From UHGV virus genome UHGV-1361494: 46,377 nucleotides of DNA; one strand, written 5' to 3'. The notes under the pieces are model-generated. The model was not told the origin of the DNA, did no database searches, and saw only the letters and a list, made by a program, of their open reading frames with translations. How positions within the stretch are numbered: the stretch's first letter is position 1; every line of letters starts with the position of its first letter. Both the position numbers and the translations under genes were made by a program. Shown here piece after piece: positions 18,930 through 27,512 of the stretch. The DNA is from a virus.

Positions 18930-19636
18930 TATTTTGCTCCTTTGCTTTTAGCGGCCTTTCTGGCGGCTTTCTCTTTCATTTTCTGTTTATTCAGCTTAGC
19001 CCGCTCATAAGACGCATCATACTGCTCGCGCGTCATGCCTTCCGGTTCCGGGTATTTTGATTTTATCATCTGCTGATACTCGGTCATGGTCAGGTCTTCG
19101 GCTTCCTCGCGGGTGATTCCGAAATGAGTGCGAGCAGAGATGATGTAATCCGACATTCTCAACTCACTGGTTGTGCGCTTTTGGTTTTCCGAGCGCTGAG
19201 GAACCTTGAGCGGAGACTTGCCGATGATGCCATGCTCCATCAGGTTTCGAGCAATAATAATAATGTCATTTACTGGCATTCGTCCGGTGACGTACTTAAC
19301 ACCGCGCGGAGTCGGCTTCCATGATCCAATGAGCACCGAGATATCATCATCACAACAGGACTGCATGATGAGGCAGGCGGCGCTGAGCACCTTCTTACCA
19401 TAGGCAGGACGTGACAGGATTTTTGCCACCTGAATCTGCGCGCCATATGGCATTGATTGAATGGCGCCGAGTATGGCCGCGTATTCATAGCCATTAAGCG
19501 TAGCGTACAACTCGACAATCTCTTTTGGTGAGCCAAGCTCATTCATCGCCGCAAATGATGGTTTGAAGAAAAAAGACTTGTCATCCAGGGAGATGCGCAT
19601 TTCTCCGATTTCTGTTAGCGGTGTGCGTTGTCTCAT
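18929..19636 (-). CDS. putative tail assembly chaperone (gpG/GT-like position), single ORF without obvious frameshift
   Basis: 235 aa, between the major tail gene region and the tape measure gene (stop overlaps the TMP start). The C-terminus is lysine-rich. No convincing slippery heptamer was found at a sensible position. Confidence 0.4.
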   Translation of the reverse strand: MRQRTPLTEIGEMRISLDDKSFFFKPSFAAMNELGSPKEIVELYATLNGYEYAAILGAIQSMPYGAQIQVAKILSRPAYGKKVLSAACLIMQSCCDDDISVLIGSWKPTPRGVKYVTGRMPVNDIIIIARNLMEHGIIGKSPLKVPQRSENQKRTTSELRMSDYIISARTHFGITREEAEDLTMTEYQQMIKSKYPEPEGMTREQYDASYERAKLNKQKMKEKAARKAAKSKGAK

Positions 19637-19691
19637 GTCTAAATCCTGTTTTCATAATGACGTAATTATACCATTGACAGGGCGTGCAAAG

Positions 19692-19705
19692 CTGACGTAG
19701 ATTGA
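19692..19705 (+). promoter_or_regulatory. copy 1 of conserved promoter motif (C)TGACGTAGATTGA
   Basis: ctgacgtagattga, upstream of the plus-strand sORF (19734..19868) and the HNH gene. Confidence 0.5.
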
Positions 19706-19854
19706 AAGCATAAGGTGATTGAGGGTTTGACATATGAACGAGACTGATGCTGATTTGAGATTTTACATCGACCTGTACGTTGATTGCGGGTTTACCTATG
19801 ATGAGGCCGAGTTGATGGCGAAAAAATTACTTGCAATGGTAGGGGTGACATTCG

Positions 19855-20340
19855 ATGAAAATAACTGATTGGTCAGATATTTTTTATTATTGTGATGGGG
19901 CTATTTACTGGAAGATAAGAACCTCAAACAGAGTGAAAATCGGAAGCGAGGTGAAGGCGGTAGGAGGCAATGGATATAAGATTGTTGGAATCTATGGCGT
20001 CAAGTATCTTGTTCATCGCATCATCTGGGAAATGCATAATGGGAAAATTCCTGACGGAATGCAGATTGATCATATAGACCACAATAAAACAAACAATAAG
20101 ATAGATAACCTCAGGCTTGTCACTCCAAAAGAGAATAATCACAACATGAAGTTCAGGGTGACAAACAAATCAGGTGTTACTGGTGTTTCATGGGGTAAAC
20201 AACATAAAAAATGGGCCTCAAACATAAAAGTTGATGGCGTAAAGATTCATCTTGGATTGTTTTCTGACTTAAATATGGCCGCTGAAGCAAGGAGAAAGGC
20301 GGAGGTTAAGTATGATTTTCATGAGAACCATGGTAAATGA
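19855..20340 (+). CDS. free-standing HNH homing endonuclease (HNH_3 + AP2-like DNA-binding domain)
   Basis: 161 aa. Motifs YLVHRIIWEMHNGKIPDGMQIDHIDHNKTNNKIDNLRLVTPKENNHN (HNH), GVTGVSWGKQHKKWASNIKVDGVKIHLGLFSD (AP2-type), and a C-terminal YDFHENHG. It lies on the opposite strand between the tail chaperone and major tail genes. Confidence 0.85.
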   Translation: MKITDWSDIFYYCDGAIYWKIRTSNRVKIGSEVKAVGGNGYKIVGIYGVKYLVHRIIWEMHNGKIPDGMQIDHIDHNKTNNKIDNLRLVTPKENNHNMKFRVTNKSGVTGVSWGKQHKKWASNIKVDGVKIHLGLFSDLNMAAEARRKAEVKYDFHENHGK

Positions 20341-20588
20341 TGATGGATAACGAAAATCGCTATGCCTGCGAGCAATACCTTGATGCACTGGTGACGCTGG
20401 AACTATCTGCAAAGTTCGCCATGCTCGAGCGCCGACCGGTAAATGGCAGCATTAAGGCGTGCTGGCAGGCTATCAGGCAGCGAGTGACCAATGACCTCAA
20501 CCGGAAGATTTTCGACGGCGTGAGTAGCCAGGCAATGCCACACGGTGCGCTATGCATGTTGCGCCGTCAGCTTGATGAGTGTGTATGA
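20337..20588 (+). CDS. hypothetical protein
   Basis: 83-aa ORF overlapping the HNH stop (ATGA); same operon as the HNH gene. Confidence 0.35.
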   Translation: MMMDNENRYACEQYLDALVTLELSAKFAMLERRPVNGSIKACWQAIRQRVTNDLNRKIFDGVSSQAMPHGALCMLRRQLDECV

Positions 20589-20755
20589 TGTTGCGGGAGA
20601 AAACCAATGGTGGTTGACCAAACAGATGCTGATGTCATATCCGCCTATGCCGGACAGTGCATTGACATTAATTACGCGATTGCCATTCACTTAAAGCGAT
20701 CTGAGTTTATGGCTAATCTGATTTTGTGGGCGATTAAAAATAAGACGAGGAAGGC

Positions 20756-20956
20756 GTGATAATGAGAGCCATTCATAAAATAAAAAAAGAAAGCCATGTG
20801 AACGAAATGATTGAATATTACGGCTGGATTTATGTCCATAAATTTAAATCTTCGCATAGTAACATGCGGAGGATAGCAAGAAGAATGGAGCGAGATGGCA
20901 AATTAAAGATGATATCTCAAGATAAGTTGTTTTTTAGATATGTAAGAACAGAATAA
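20756..20956 (+). CDS. hypothetical protein (AT-rich)
   Basis: 66-aa ORF, followed by a strong terminator (aacccccTTTCgggggtttt, 20955-20975). Confidence 0.3.
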   Translation: MIMRAIHKIKKESHVNEMIEYYGWIYVHKFKSSHSNMRRIARRMERDGKLKMISQDKLFFRYVRTE

Positions 20957-20977
20957 ACCCCCTTTCGGGGGTTTTCT

Positions 20978-21733
20978 TTATCGCTCAACGGTAACAACAC
21001 ACTTGGTTGAGTCAACGTAATCAGGGCTGGTTGCCGAGTCCATCACGCGGCAGAAGTACGTACCAGCATCGTCATTGACGGCGTCCGCCTTGGTATACGT
21101 GGCAGAAGTTGCGCTGCTAATCGGCGAAGTGCCTTTATACCATTGGTAGGTATAAGGCTTGACACCGCCATCCGCAACTACCGGGCCGAGCGTCAGAGCG
21201 TCGCCAGTAGCAACGTTTTTGGTTTCGCTGATATCAGTAGTCAGCGTTAAATCTTCGATGCTGGACACATCAACGGTAGAGCCATCATAAGGCTTGAATT
21301 CAACCGATCCGGTGATAATGTCGTTGGTGCCGCCATCGTAGCTCAGAGCGGTAATGTTGCAGTAGGCAACAACAACGGTATTACCGGTGGTCTGACGCAC
21401 CCACAGCGAAGGCTGACGACGCGCTTTTACTTCGGTGACAAAGTATTTGATGAGATTATGCACGCCATACTCATCAGCCTTGTCAGCCTTACGAACTTCA
21501 AAATCACCGGAAATGGTGAGGTCTGCGGTAGTGACCAGCGTCGCGACAAAGCCATCGCCATCATCAGCCTCTGAGGTAGTGGTGCTTGGGCTGAAGTCGA
21601 CGCCTTTTGAGGTCATGGGAGCAAAAAACTTCCAATCTTCCTCTACTGGCACAGCATCCCAGCAGCCATCAGCCAGCTCGATGAGCGACTGGCGACCTGT
21701 GATGATGCCGTTATCATTTGCACAAATAGCCAT
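20978..21733 (-). CDS. major tail protein with C-terminal Ig-like (Big_2-type) domain
   Basis: 251 aa. Syntenic position upstream of chaperone/TMP. The C-terminal ~80 aa, DALTLGPVVADGGVKPYTYQWYKG...AGTYFCRV..., is a typical Ig-like decoration as in lambda gpV. Confidence 0.7.
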   Translation of the reverse strand: MAICANDNGIITGRQSLIELADGCWDAVPVEEDWKFFAPMTSKGVDFSPSTTTSEADDGDGFVATLVTTADLTISGDFEVRKADKADEYGVHNLIKYFVTEVKARRQPSLWVRQTTGNTVVVAYCNITALSYDGGTNDIITGSVEFKPYDGSTVDVSSIEDLTLTTDISETKNVATGDALTLGPVVADGGVKPYTYQWYKGTSPISSATSATYTKADAVNDDAGTYFCRVMDSATSPDYVDSTKCVVTVER

Positions 21734-21778
21734 GTTTAGAATCCTCTCTGTTTAGCTAAACAATCGCATTATATCATG

Positions 21779-21807
21779 TTGACAGGTTTTGATTGGTGGT
21801 GTAGATT
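21779..21807 (+). promoter_or_regulatory. sigma70-type promoter driving the noncoding leader + tRNA cluster
   Basis: TTGACA (21779-21784), 17-nt spacer, TAGATT (21802-21807). Confidence 0.5.
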
Positions 21808-22218
21808 TAATGGCAGATAGTTTTCGGTGAGACTTTGCGGGTTTTTAGAAACTGACCACAAAGATAAATGCAAACGAAGAAATGTATCTGGCAGTAGCCT
21901 AACGGCTAAACACCAGCAAGGTCTTCCGACTCCTTGTCAATGAATTCGGCGCACTGGCCCGGTGTGATTAATGATGGGCACACAACAGGTAAGAGCATTG
22001 TCAGGTAGCTTCAGGGGACACGCCCGCACTGGTGACGACCTATGCGCAAAAGTACGTGTGGTAAGTCCTGGAGTGCTCTTTCCGTTGTGGTCAATGCGCA
22101 GGCTGATGCGCAGTGGGACGTGGCTGACTCACGAGGATGGCTCAAGCGAATAAGCAAGCTCGACGCCGCCGAATAAGCGCCTTATGCCGGATGCCAGCAC
22201 CGGACACCACAACACCAC

Positions 22219-22306
22219 GGATAGTTGGCTGAGAGGCCGAAAGCAGTCGGTTGCTAACCGATAAACCGGAAACGGTTCACAGGTTCGAATCCTGTACTAT
22301 CCGCCA
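22219..22306 (+). tRNA. tRNA-Ser (anticodon GCU), type II with long variable arm
   Basis: Acceptor ggatagt/actatcc, discriminator G, CCA. D-arm gct-gagaggccgaa-agc. Anticodon arm gtcgg-ttGCTaa-ccgat. Variable hairpin accgg-aaa-cggt. T-arm acagg-ttcgaat-cctgt. Confidence 0.85.
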
Positions 22307-22312
22307 CATTCA

Positions 22313-22389
22313 GCACCATTAGCTCATCAGGATAGAGCAATTGCCTTCTAAGCAATCGGTAACTGGTTCGAATCCAGTATGGTGCGCCA
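22313..22389 (+). tRNA. tRNA-Arg (anticodon UCU)
   Basis: Acceptor gcaccat/atggtgc + G + CCA. D-arm gctc-atcaggata-gagc. Anticodon arm attgc-ctTCTaa-gcaat (perfect). T-arm actgg-ttcgaat-ccagt. Confidence 0.85.
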
Positions 22390-22392
22390 AAT

Positions 22393-22469
22393 TCCCGTTT
22401 AGCTTAACTGGTTAAAGCACCCTACTCATAATCGGATGAGTACAGGTTCGAATCCTGTCGCGGGAACCA
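22393..22469 (+). tRNA. tRNA-like gene with Met/Ile-type CAU anticodon loop (CTCATAA) but a poorly paired anticodon stem
   Basis: Acceptor tcccgtt/cgcggga (6/7 pairs incl. G-U), discriminator A, CCA. D-arm gctt-aactggtta-aagc and T-arm acagg-ttcgaat-cctgt are canonical. The anticodon stem cccta/tcgga has only 3 pairs. An alternative perfect 6-bp hairpin actcat-aatcgg-atgagt exists. Confidence 0.5.
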
Positions 22470-22484
22470 TCTTCGGGGAGCGCA

Positions 22485-22670
22485 ATGATACAAATCCAAA
22501 AAATCCACGATGATTACTGGCGCATAGCTGACCAAAATAATAGCAGGGTTGCTGGTATATCAAAGGTCGGGAAGTGGTATGTTGTCGCAAATGCTAATGG
22601 GCGATATGATGCCAGATTCGAATATCTTGGCGATGCCATTGATTATTTATTATGTAGTAATGACTACTAA
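22485..22670 (+). CDS. hypothetical protein downstream of tRNA cluster
   Basis: 61-aa ORF with SD (GGGGAG) and a strong terminator (aaagccgctcatcagcggcttttttt) right after it. Confidence 0.35.
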   Translation: MIQIQKIHDDYWRIADQNNSRVAGISKVGKWYVVANANGRYDARFEYLGDAIDYLLCSNDY

Positions 22671-22694
22671 AAGCCGCTCATCAGCGGCCTTTTT

Positions 22695-23078
22695 TTATTC
22701 ACCAAAAACAACCCTCAGCAACAATTCATAAACCGGTCTCTGCTCCGTTGTGAGCGTCGGGCGTCCAAGCGGAGCCTGCAACTGAATCATGCCAATGCAA
22801 CTATCAACGGGATGCTCCTTGATGTATGCGATGACATCAAGCGCTTTTGCTTTTGTCTCCTCGATGTTGTACTGACCCTGCTGGCCGACAACATAGAGCG
22901 AAAAATAATAATCATTGCTGAGGTCTTTGCTTACGTTCGTACCACCATTGGATTGCAGCACCATAAACCGGTCTGTGCCAACTTCGGTATCGTTCCAGAA
23001 CTCAAGCTGAGAAGTCCACCCATCATAAAGACCGGCATCGCTAAGGTACTGGTCAACAAGCTCAAGCATATCTCTCAT
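22695..23078 (-). CDS. putative tail terminator / head-tail joining protein (gpU-like position)
   Basis: 127 aa; synteny only (between the Z-like gene and the major tail gene region). Confidence 0.35.
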   Translation of the reverse strand: MRDMLELVDQYLSDAGLYDGWTSQLEFWNDTEVGTDRFMVLQSNGGTNVSKDLSNDYYFSLYVVGQQGQYNIEETKAKALDVIAYIKEHPVDSCIGMIQLQAPLGRPTLTTEQRPVYELLLRVVFGE

Positions 23079-23491
23079 TTTAGCGTCATCTCTTTTTTGA
23101 TTACCTGATCGACAAGCTCGCGTGTGTTTTCGCCAGCCTTGAGAAGGAATTTAGGCTCGCCGCTCTTATCCCATACATTTCCCTTTCCTTTAAGTCTCCC
23201 TGTGCGCGGAGTATTCGTGCCAAGCAATTTACCTGGTGCATTATGGACATACAGGGCGTAATTAGCGGAATACCCAATCTTGCCAGTTATGCGAGTGCCA
23301 TTAACCTCAACGGTGTCATACTGGCTATTTATCAGCGTTGACGTGGCTACTGGCGTCATGGAGGCCGATTCAGTCCTGATGATGTGGTTGGCGGCTTTTA
23401 TTGCTGATACCGCCTTCTCACCAGTAATCTCACCGACTATCTGCTGGGTACGCTTAATCGCCTGCTGGATACCTCTCATTTTGGCGGCCAT
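23075..23491 (-). CDS. putative tail completion / head-tail joining protein (gpZ / HK97 gp10-like position)
   Basis: 138 aa; synteny and overlap-coupled with its neighbours. Confidence 0.35.
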   Translation of the reverse strand: MAAKMRGIQQAIKRTQQIVGEITGEKAVSAIKAANHIIRTESASMTPVATSTLINSQYDTVEVNGTRITGKIGYSANYALYVHNAPGKLLGTNTPRTGRLKGKGNVWDKSGEPKFLLKAGENTRELVDQVIKKEMTLK

Positions 23492-23494
23492 ACA

Positions 23495-23839
23495 TTACCC
23501 CGTTACCAGCGCAAAATCAGGAAGGTCGTTGCGATTTAGTGTATTGCCGTAATTCACGACGCTTCTAATCTGGTCAGCTCCGGCAGCCAAAGGGTCAGCA
23601 CTGGTAATGGTGCCAAGCATGATGAAGTCGCCAACAGACGCATCCTGGTATTCCGTCCAGAATGTGTTTTTCTGTGCAATCTCATTGCCAGCTGTGCCGG
23701 TGGTCAGATTCTTATCGAAGCCATAATCACACATGATGGGCTCTGGCGCGGCGAATGTTGGCTTGCCATACTTATCCTTGCCAGTAAGCCGCCAGATTGT
23801 GCATGGCTGCGTATAGCTCCATCTCGCTATCGCTGACAT
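23495..23839 (-). CDS. putative head-tail connector protein
   Basis: 114 aa; synteny only. Confidence 0.3.
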   Translation of the reverse strand: MSAIARWSYTQPCTIWRLTGKDKYGKPTFAAPEPIMCDYGFDKNLTTGTAGNEIAQKNTFWTEYQDASVGDFIMLGTITSADPLAAGADQIRSVVNYGNTLNRNDLPDFALVTG

Positions 23840-23957
23840 GGTGCGGCCTCAAGAGTATAAATCCAGCGCGGAACAGGAAGGCGCAGCAATACCAGAATAA
23901 CCAGCAGCGGCATGCACCATTTACGGATTGCGATATTTACAGTTAATGTTGACGTTT

Positions 23958-24350
23958 TCATCTGCACTTACTCCCGGTGACAACACGAAACCACGGCTTT
24001 GCTGCCCCATCAGGCTCTTCCACAAGGTCGCCTGTGCAGTCTGCCGTATCGAGTAGCTTCATCTGATTGTAAAGGGCCATCCACGGCTTACTGCCATAGC
24101 CAAATGACTGCGACGCACCAGATGGCGCCCGGTGGCTGGTTATGTATCTTCCGGCTGTATTTGAGGCGATAAGGATTGAGGCCCATAGCAGAATTGCATC
24201 CTGCCTACATGTGTCTTCAGGGTAATTAAGCTCAAGACACTCTGTGATGCTCGCCACCAGACACAGGATTCCCGTTGCGTCTGCTGTGGTGATAGTCACG
24301 CCTCTTGACGCCATGGCGGCGACAAGTTCACTTGCTGTCGGTGCTGCCAT
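23958..24350 (-). CDS. hypothetical structural-module protein (start uncertain)
   Basis: ORF 23958..24419. The probable start is an internal Met (MAAPTASELVAAMASRG...) that overlaps the end of the upstream gene. Confidence 0.3.
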   Translation of the reverse strand: MAAPTASELVAAMASRGVTITTADATGILCLVASITECLELNYPEDTCRQDAILLWASILIASNTAGRYITSHRAPSGASQSFGYGSKPWMALYNQMKLLDTADCTGDLVEEPDGAAKPWFRVVTGSKCR

Positions 24351-24615
24351 TCTTTTTGCTCTCCCGAATCTTCCACCACATCTCAAAAAGGTTTTTTGCC
24401 ACCAGTGACAGCGCGCCAAGTATAGAGGCTACCGCTGCCCACTCGGTAATCGAATGGGGGATCATTGAGGCAATGTATGATTGTGCGACCGGCGTCTGCT
24501 CTGCCACCTTCAGGCCAAGACCCGTGCCGATGGAGGTATAACCGGCTTTGTCGATTACCTGGCCGACAGTGCCACTAATTATCTGGTTTGCGGCGTGCTG
24601 AAGCGCGTCTCTCAT
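24328..24615 (-). CDS. hypothetical protein with one predicted transmembrane segment
   Basis: 95 aa; hydrophobic stretch WAAVASILGALSLVA; first gene after the minus-strand restart downstream of the plus-strand island. Confidence 0.3.
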   Translation of the reverse strand: MRDALQHAANQIISGTVGQVIDKAGYTSIGTGLGLKVAEQTPVAQSYIASMIPHSITEWAAVASILGALSLVAKNLFEMWWKIRESKKNGSTDSK

Positions 24616-24776
24616 TAATTATTCTCCGAATGATGAACTTCCAGCATCTGTACACCTGAACCAGCGAAAGCGCCATGACGATAACGCCGATTGCTATATC
24701 CAATTTCGCCGCCTTACGATTTTCAGGACGGAACAGCGCGGGTTGAGTGTTGTTGGTTTAATTTTATCATAAAGTG

Positions 24777-24805
24777 TTGACGTAGATTGAGGGTGTCGCT
24801 ATAGT
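24777..24805 (+). promoter_or_regulatory. copy 2 of TTGACGTAGATTGA promoter (-35 TTGACG, 17 nt, -10 TATAGT)
   Basis: ttgacg 24777-24782; tatagt 24800-24805; a second partial motif gacgtagaaaca follows at 24808. Confidence 0.6.
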
Positions 24806-24845
24806 GATGACGTAGAAACAACAATAAATGTTAGAGGTGATGAGG

Positions 24846-25139
24846 ATGAATGAATTCAAAGGTACGCCGGGGCCGTGGTTTGGAGATAACAGCAGGGCAA
24901 TAGGGCCAAAATCAACAGATGACGACCAGTCTTATGGAGTGATTATTCCTGTCGGCTGGGTTGAGTTTGACCCTGAAGTTGAGGTTCAAGTTGCCAACCA
25001 ACGAATGATGGCCGCTGCGCCGGAATTGCTGGAGGCTCTGGAGATGCTTGTAGTCTTCACTACGCCAACAAAAAGGAATGCCACTGCCTTGAGCAAGGCC
25101 TATGCCGCAATCGCAAAAGCACTCGGAGAACCCCAATGA
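24846..25139 (+). CDS. hypothetical protein, first gene of the plus-strand DNA-metabolism island
   Basis: ORF 24828..25139; the best start is ATG 24846, after SD AGAGGTGA. Confidence 0.4.
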   Translation: MNEFKGTPGPWFGDNSRAIGPKSTDDDQSYGVIIPVGWVEFDPEVEVQVANQRMMAAAPELLEALEMLVVFTTPTKRNATALSKAYAAIAKALGEPQ

Positions 25140-25259
25140 TCCGCCACGAAATACGAAAAGAAGACCTGAAGGCGTGGGATAAGTTCAAAATCAAGCTGGC
25201 GTTAATCGTTATCGGATTCGCCATTGCCAGTGCAATCTGTTTATCAAAGTGAGGGAAAG

Positions 25260-26075
25260 ATGACATCTCTCGGAAAAATTTACTCAGACAAAGAAACTCG
25301 CGGCGGAATCGTGGTCAACAAAGGTTATCAGGTCCCTGTCGACCAGCTTTACCTTGAGCCGGGGTACAACATCCGCGAAGCCGATGAGCAGCACGTTGAA
25401 TACTTCGCGCAGTGTTGGGAATCAGGACAGCCAATCCCGGCGTTAACTGTTATTCCTGATGCCGACGGAAAGCGCATCAAGATTCTTGACGGCCAGCATC
25501 GTTACCTTGGAGCACTGCGTGCCATTGAGCGCGGCGTGCCAATTGCGCGAATTGAGTGCAAAGACTTCACCGGCGATGAGGCGGATAAAATCGCCTTCAT
25601 GGTGTCTTCAAGTCAGGGCAAGCAACTCGAGCCGCTTGAGCGTGCAAAGGCTTATGTGCGCCTCAAAGGGTTCGGGTGGACGAATGAAGAAATCGCCAAG
25701 AAGGTCGGGCGCTCTGTGTCTGATGTGCAAATGCACCTGTCACTTGGTGATGTACCTGATGCCATCAAGCAGCGTATCAATGCAGGCCAAATCAGCTATG
25801 CCAACGCCGTTGCGGTCGCACGTGAGCATGGCGATGATGCCGTTAACGTTATTGATGCCGCCGTTGAGGAAGCGAAAGCGCAGGGCAAAGATAAGGTGAC
25901 GGCTAAAACGCTCAAGGCCAAAAAAGTTAAGCCGATTGACCGCCTGATTCAGTTGCTGAAAGAAGCAGACCATATGGTTGTCGCTGAGGGTCATGTGGCA
26001 CAGGAGACAGAAGAATTTTTGCGCCCTCCTTCCGCTGAGTTGAGTGAAGTTCTGGCTATTCTGGAGAAGCTGTGA
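25260..26075 (+). CDS. ParB-like nuclease domain (ParB/Srx fold) protein
   Basis: ORF 25224..26075; start ATG 25260 after SD GAGGGA. N-terminal ParB box: LEPGYNIRE...KILDGQHRYLGAL (DGQHR motif); C-terminal helical DNA-binding region. Confidence 0.65.
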   Translation: MTSLGKIYSDKETRGGIVVNKGYQVPVDQLYLEPGYNIREADEQHVEYFAQCWESGQPIPALTVIPDADGKRIKILDGQHRYLGALRAIERGVPIARIECKDFTGDEADKIAFMVSSSQGKQLEPLERAKAYVRLKGFGWTNEEIAKKVGRSVSDVQMHLSLGDVPDAIKQRINAGQISYANAVAVAREHGDDAVNVIDAAVEEAKAQGKDKVTAKTLKAKKVKPIDRLIQLLKEADHMVVAEGHVAQETEEFLRPPSAELSEVLAILEKL

Positions 26076-27070
26076 TGACAGCCAGCTACTACAACGAATG
26101 GGACGCAAGTGCAGCGGCGTGGCTGCGAGAGTTAATTAACAATAAACTAATTCCTTACGGATATGTCGATGAACGATCAATCACCGAAGTCACCCCTTCA
26201 GACCTGGAAGGATTTACACAGTGTCACTTCTTTGCCGGAATCGGAGGGTGGCCCCTTGCACTCCAGTTGGCTGGAATACCAGCAAGCACTCAGCTCTGGA
26301 CAGGATCACCACCTTGCCAGCCGTTTAGCGTTGCCGGTAAGTCTCTCGGATTTGACGACGAGCGGCACCTTGCCCCAGCATTTCTCAGGCTCATCAGAGA
26401 GTGCAAGCCTCAATTGCTGTTTGGAGAGCAGGTTGCGGCAGCAATTGGAAAGCACTGGCTCGATTTTGTATTCCTTAACTTGGAAGACAAAGGCTACGCC
26501 TGCGGGTCGGCAGTATTGCCAGCGTGCAGCGTCGGTGCCCCGCACAAAAGAGACAGGCTGTTCTTTGGAGCGCGGCAACTGGGCGACACCAATAGTAAAC
26601 GACACAACCGGCAGCACGCATTGCTACAGCGGGAAGGACAGAAAGATATGCCTGAAGCTACCCGGACAGGCGAAGCTGGCCGCGTGGCCGACGCCAACGA
26701 CACGCGACCACAAGGATGGGAAGGAATGCTTGAACGTGCCTACAAGCAGCCTGCTGGGGCGGGAAGTGTGGAAGGTTGGACCAATCCGCATCACGGCTTC
26801 TGGTCAGATGCTGACTGGATCGGATGCCGGGATGGAAAGTTCAGGCCAGTTGAGGCCTGGACACAGCAGATGGTTGATGGGGTTCCCGGTGGAATGGGAC
26901 ATAGCGGCGATCCGTGCGTTGCAGCAGCCTTTGAAGAAATCGGATTCCCGCTTGGAAAAGACATCCCGGCGCGCGTTGCCCGCCTCAGAGGATACGGCAA
27001 TGCAATCGTACCCCAGTGCGCTGCCGAATTCATCGCCGCTTTCAGAGGGGCTATTGAAGACTTGTTCTGA
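26072..27070 (+). CDS. DNA (cytosine-5)-methyltransferase
   Basis: 332 aa. Motif I is FFAGIGGW (AdoMet binding), motif IV is GSPPCQPFSVAGK (catalytic PC), and a LFGEQV ENV-like motif follows. It overlaps the ParB-like stop by ATGA. Confidence 0.85.
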   Translation: MMTASYYNEWDASAAAWLRELINNKLIPYGYVDERSITEVTPSDLEGFTQCHFFAGIGGWPLALQLAGIPASTQLWTGSPPCQPFSVAGKSLGFDDERHLAPAFLRLIRECKPQLLFGEQVAAAIGKHWLDFVFLNLEDKGYACGSAVLPACSVGAPHKRDRLFFGARQLGDTNSKRHNRQHALLQREGQKDMPEATRTGEAGRVADANDTRPQGWEGMLERAYKQPAGAGSVEGWTNPHHGFWSDADWIGCRDGKFRPVEAWTQQMVDGVPGGMGHSGDPCVAAAFEEIGFPLGKDIPARVARLRGYGNAIVPQCAAEFIAAFRGAIEDLF

Positions 27071-27512
27071 GTGCGCCGAAGAAAAACCTATTTCCGAGTT
27101 TACGTTTGATAAGCGCAGGGGAAGTTACACCTCAAAATGTACTAAGTGCAGAACGAAGAAAACAAAGGAATGGCGAGATAAAAATCCGAATTACGAAAAG
27201 GAGAGGTACGGCGTTAATGAAGATAGAGATAGGTGGAGACACATAAAAAGAAAGTACGGGATTAGCAAAGAAGAATATGTCGAGATGCTGGATTCTCAAG
27301 GAGGCAGATGCGCCATATGCGGAGATGAACCTGGTGAAAGATATTCTCATCAACTGCACGTTGACCACTGTCACGCTTCAGGTAAGGTCAGGGGGTTACT
27401 GTGTCGGGGATGCAACCATATGCTTGGAGTAATCAAGGACGATGAAGTGTTGCTTTTTAAAGCAGTGGAATATCTACGCAAGTCGCAGCGGAATTCATTA
27501 AAGCATTCATGA
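27000..27512 (+). CDS. recombination endonuclease VII-like (T4 gp49 family) zinc-binding HNH-type nuclease; start uncertain (ATG 27000 or TTG 27054 after SD GAGGGG)
   Basis: It is the C-terminal part of frame-3 ORF 26163..27512. Motifs are CSEC...C(T)KCR (N-terminal zinc cluster) and CAICGDEP...HVDHCHASGKVRGLLCRGCNHMLG (EndoVII H-N-H core). The 5' 800 nt of the listed 449-aa ORF overlaps the methyltransferase and is not coding. Confidence 0.7.
   Translation: MQSYPSALPNSSPLSEGLLKTCSECAEEKPISEFTFDKRRGSYTSKCTKCRTKKTKEWRDKNPNYEKERYGVNEDRDRWRHIKRKYGISKEEYVEMLDSQGGRCAICGDEPGERYSHQLHVDHCHASGKVRGLLCRGCNHMLGVIKDDEVLLFKAVEYLRKSQRNSLKHS

Noticed and set aside
18929-19636. Programmed -1 frameshift (G/GT-type) in the tail chaperone gene
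   Set aside because: The only slippery-like heptamer on the coding strand (TTTTTTC, ~19568-19574) is ~20 codons from the start. No stop-terminated upstream frame exists that a frameshift would need, so the 235-aa ORF is treated as a single product.
22219-22469. Amber-suppressor tRNA that could support read-through at 9219-9221
   Set aside because: None of the three tRNAs has a CUA anticodon (GCU, UCU, CAU), so read-through, if any, would rely on the host.
26163-27060. N-terminal 300 aa of the 449-aa frame-3 ORF
   Set aside because: It overlaps the methyltransferase gene (26072..27070) in a different frame and the product is Ser/Leu/Pro-rich, low-complexity. Only the C-terminal EndoVII-like part (from ~27000/27054) is taken as real.
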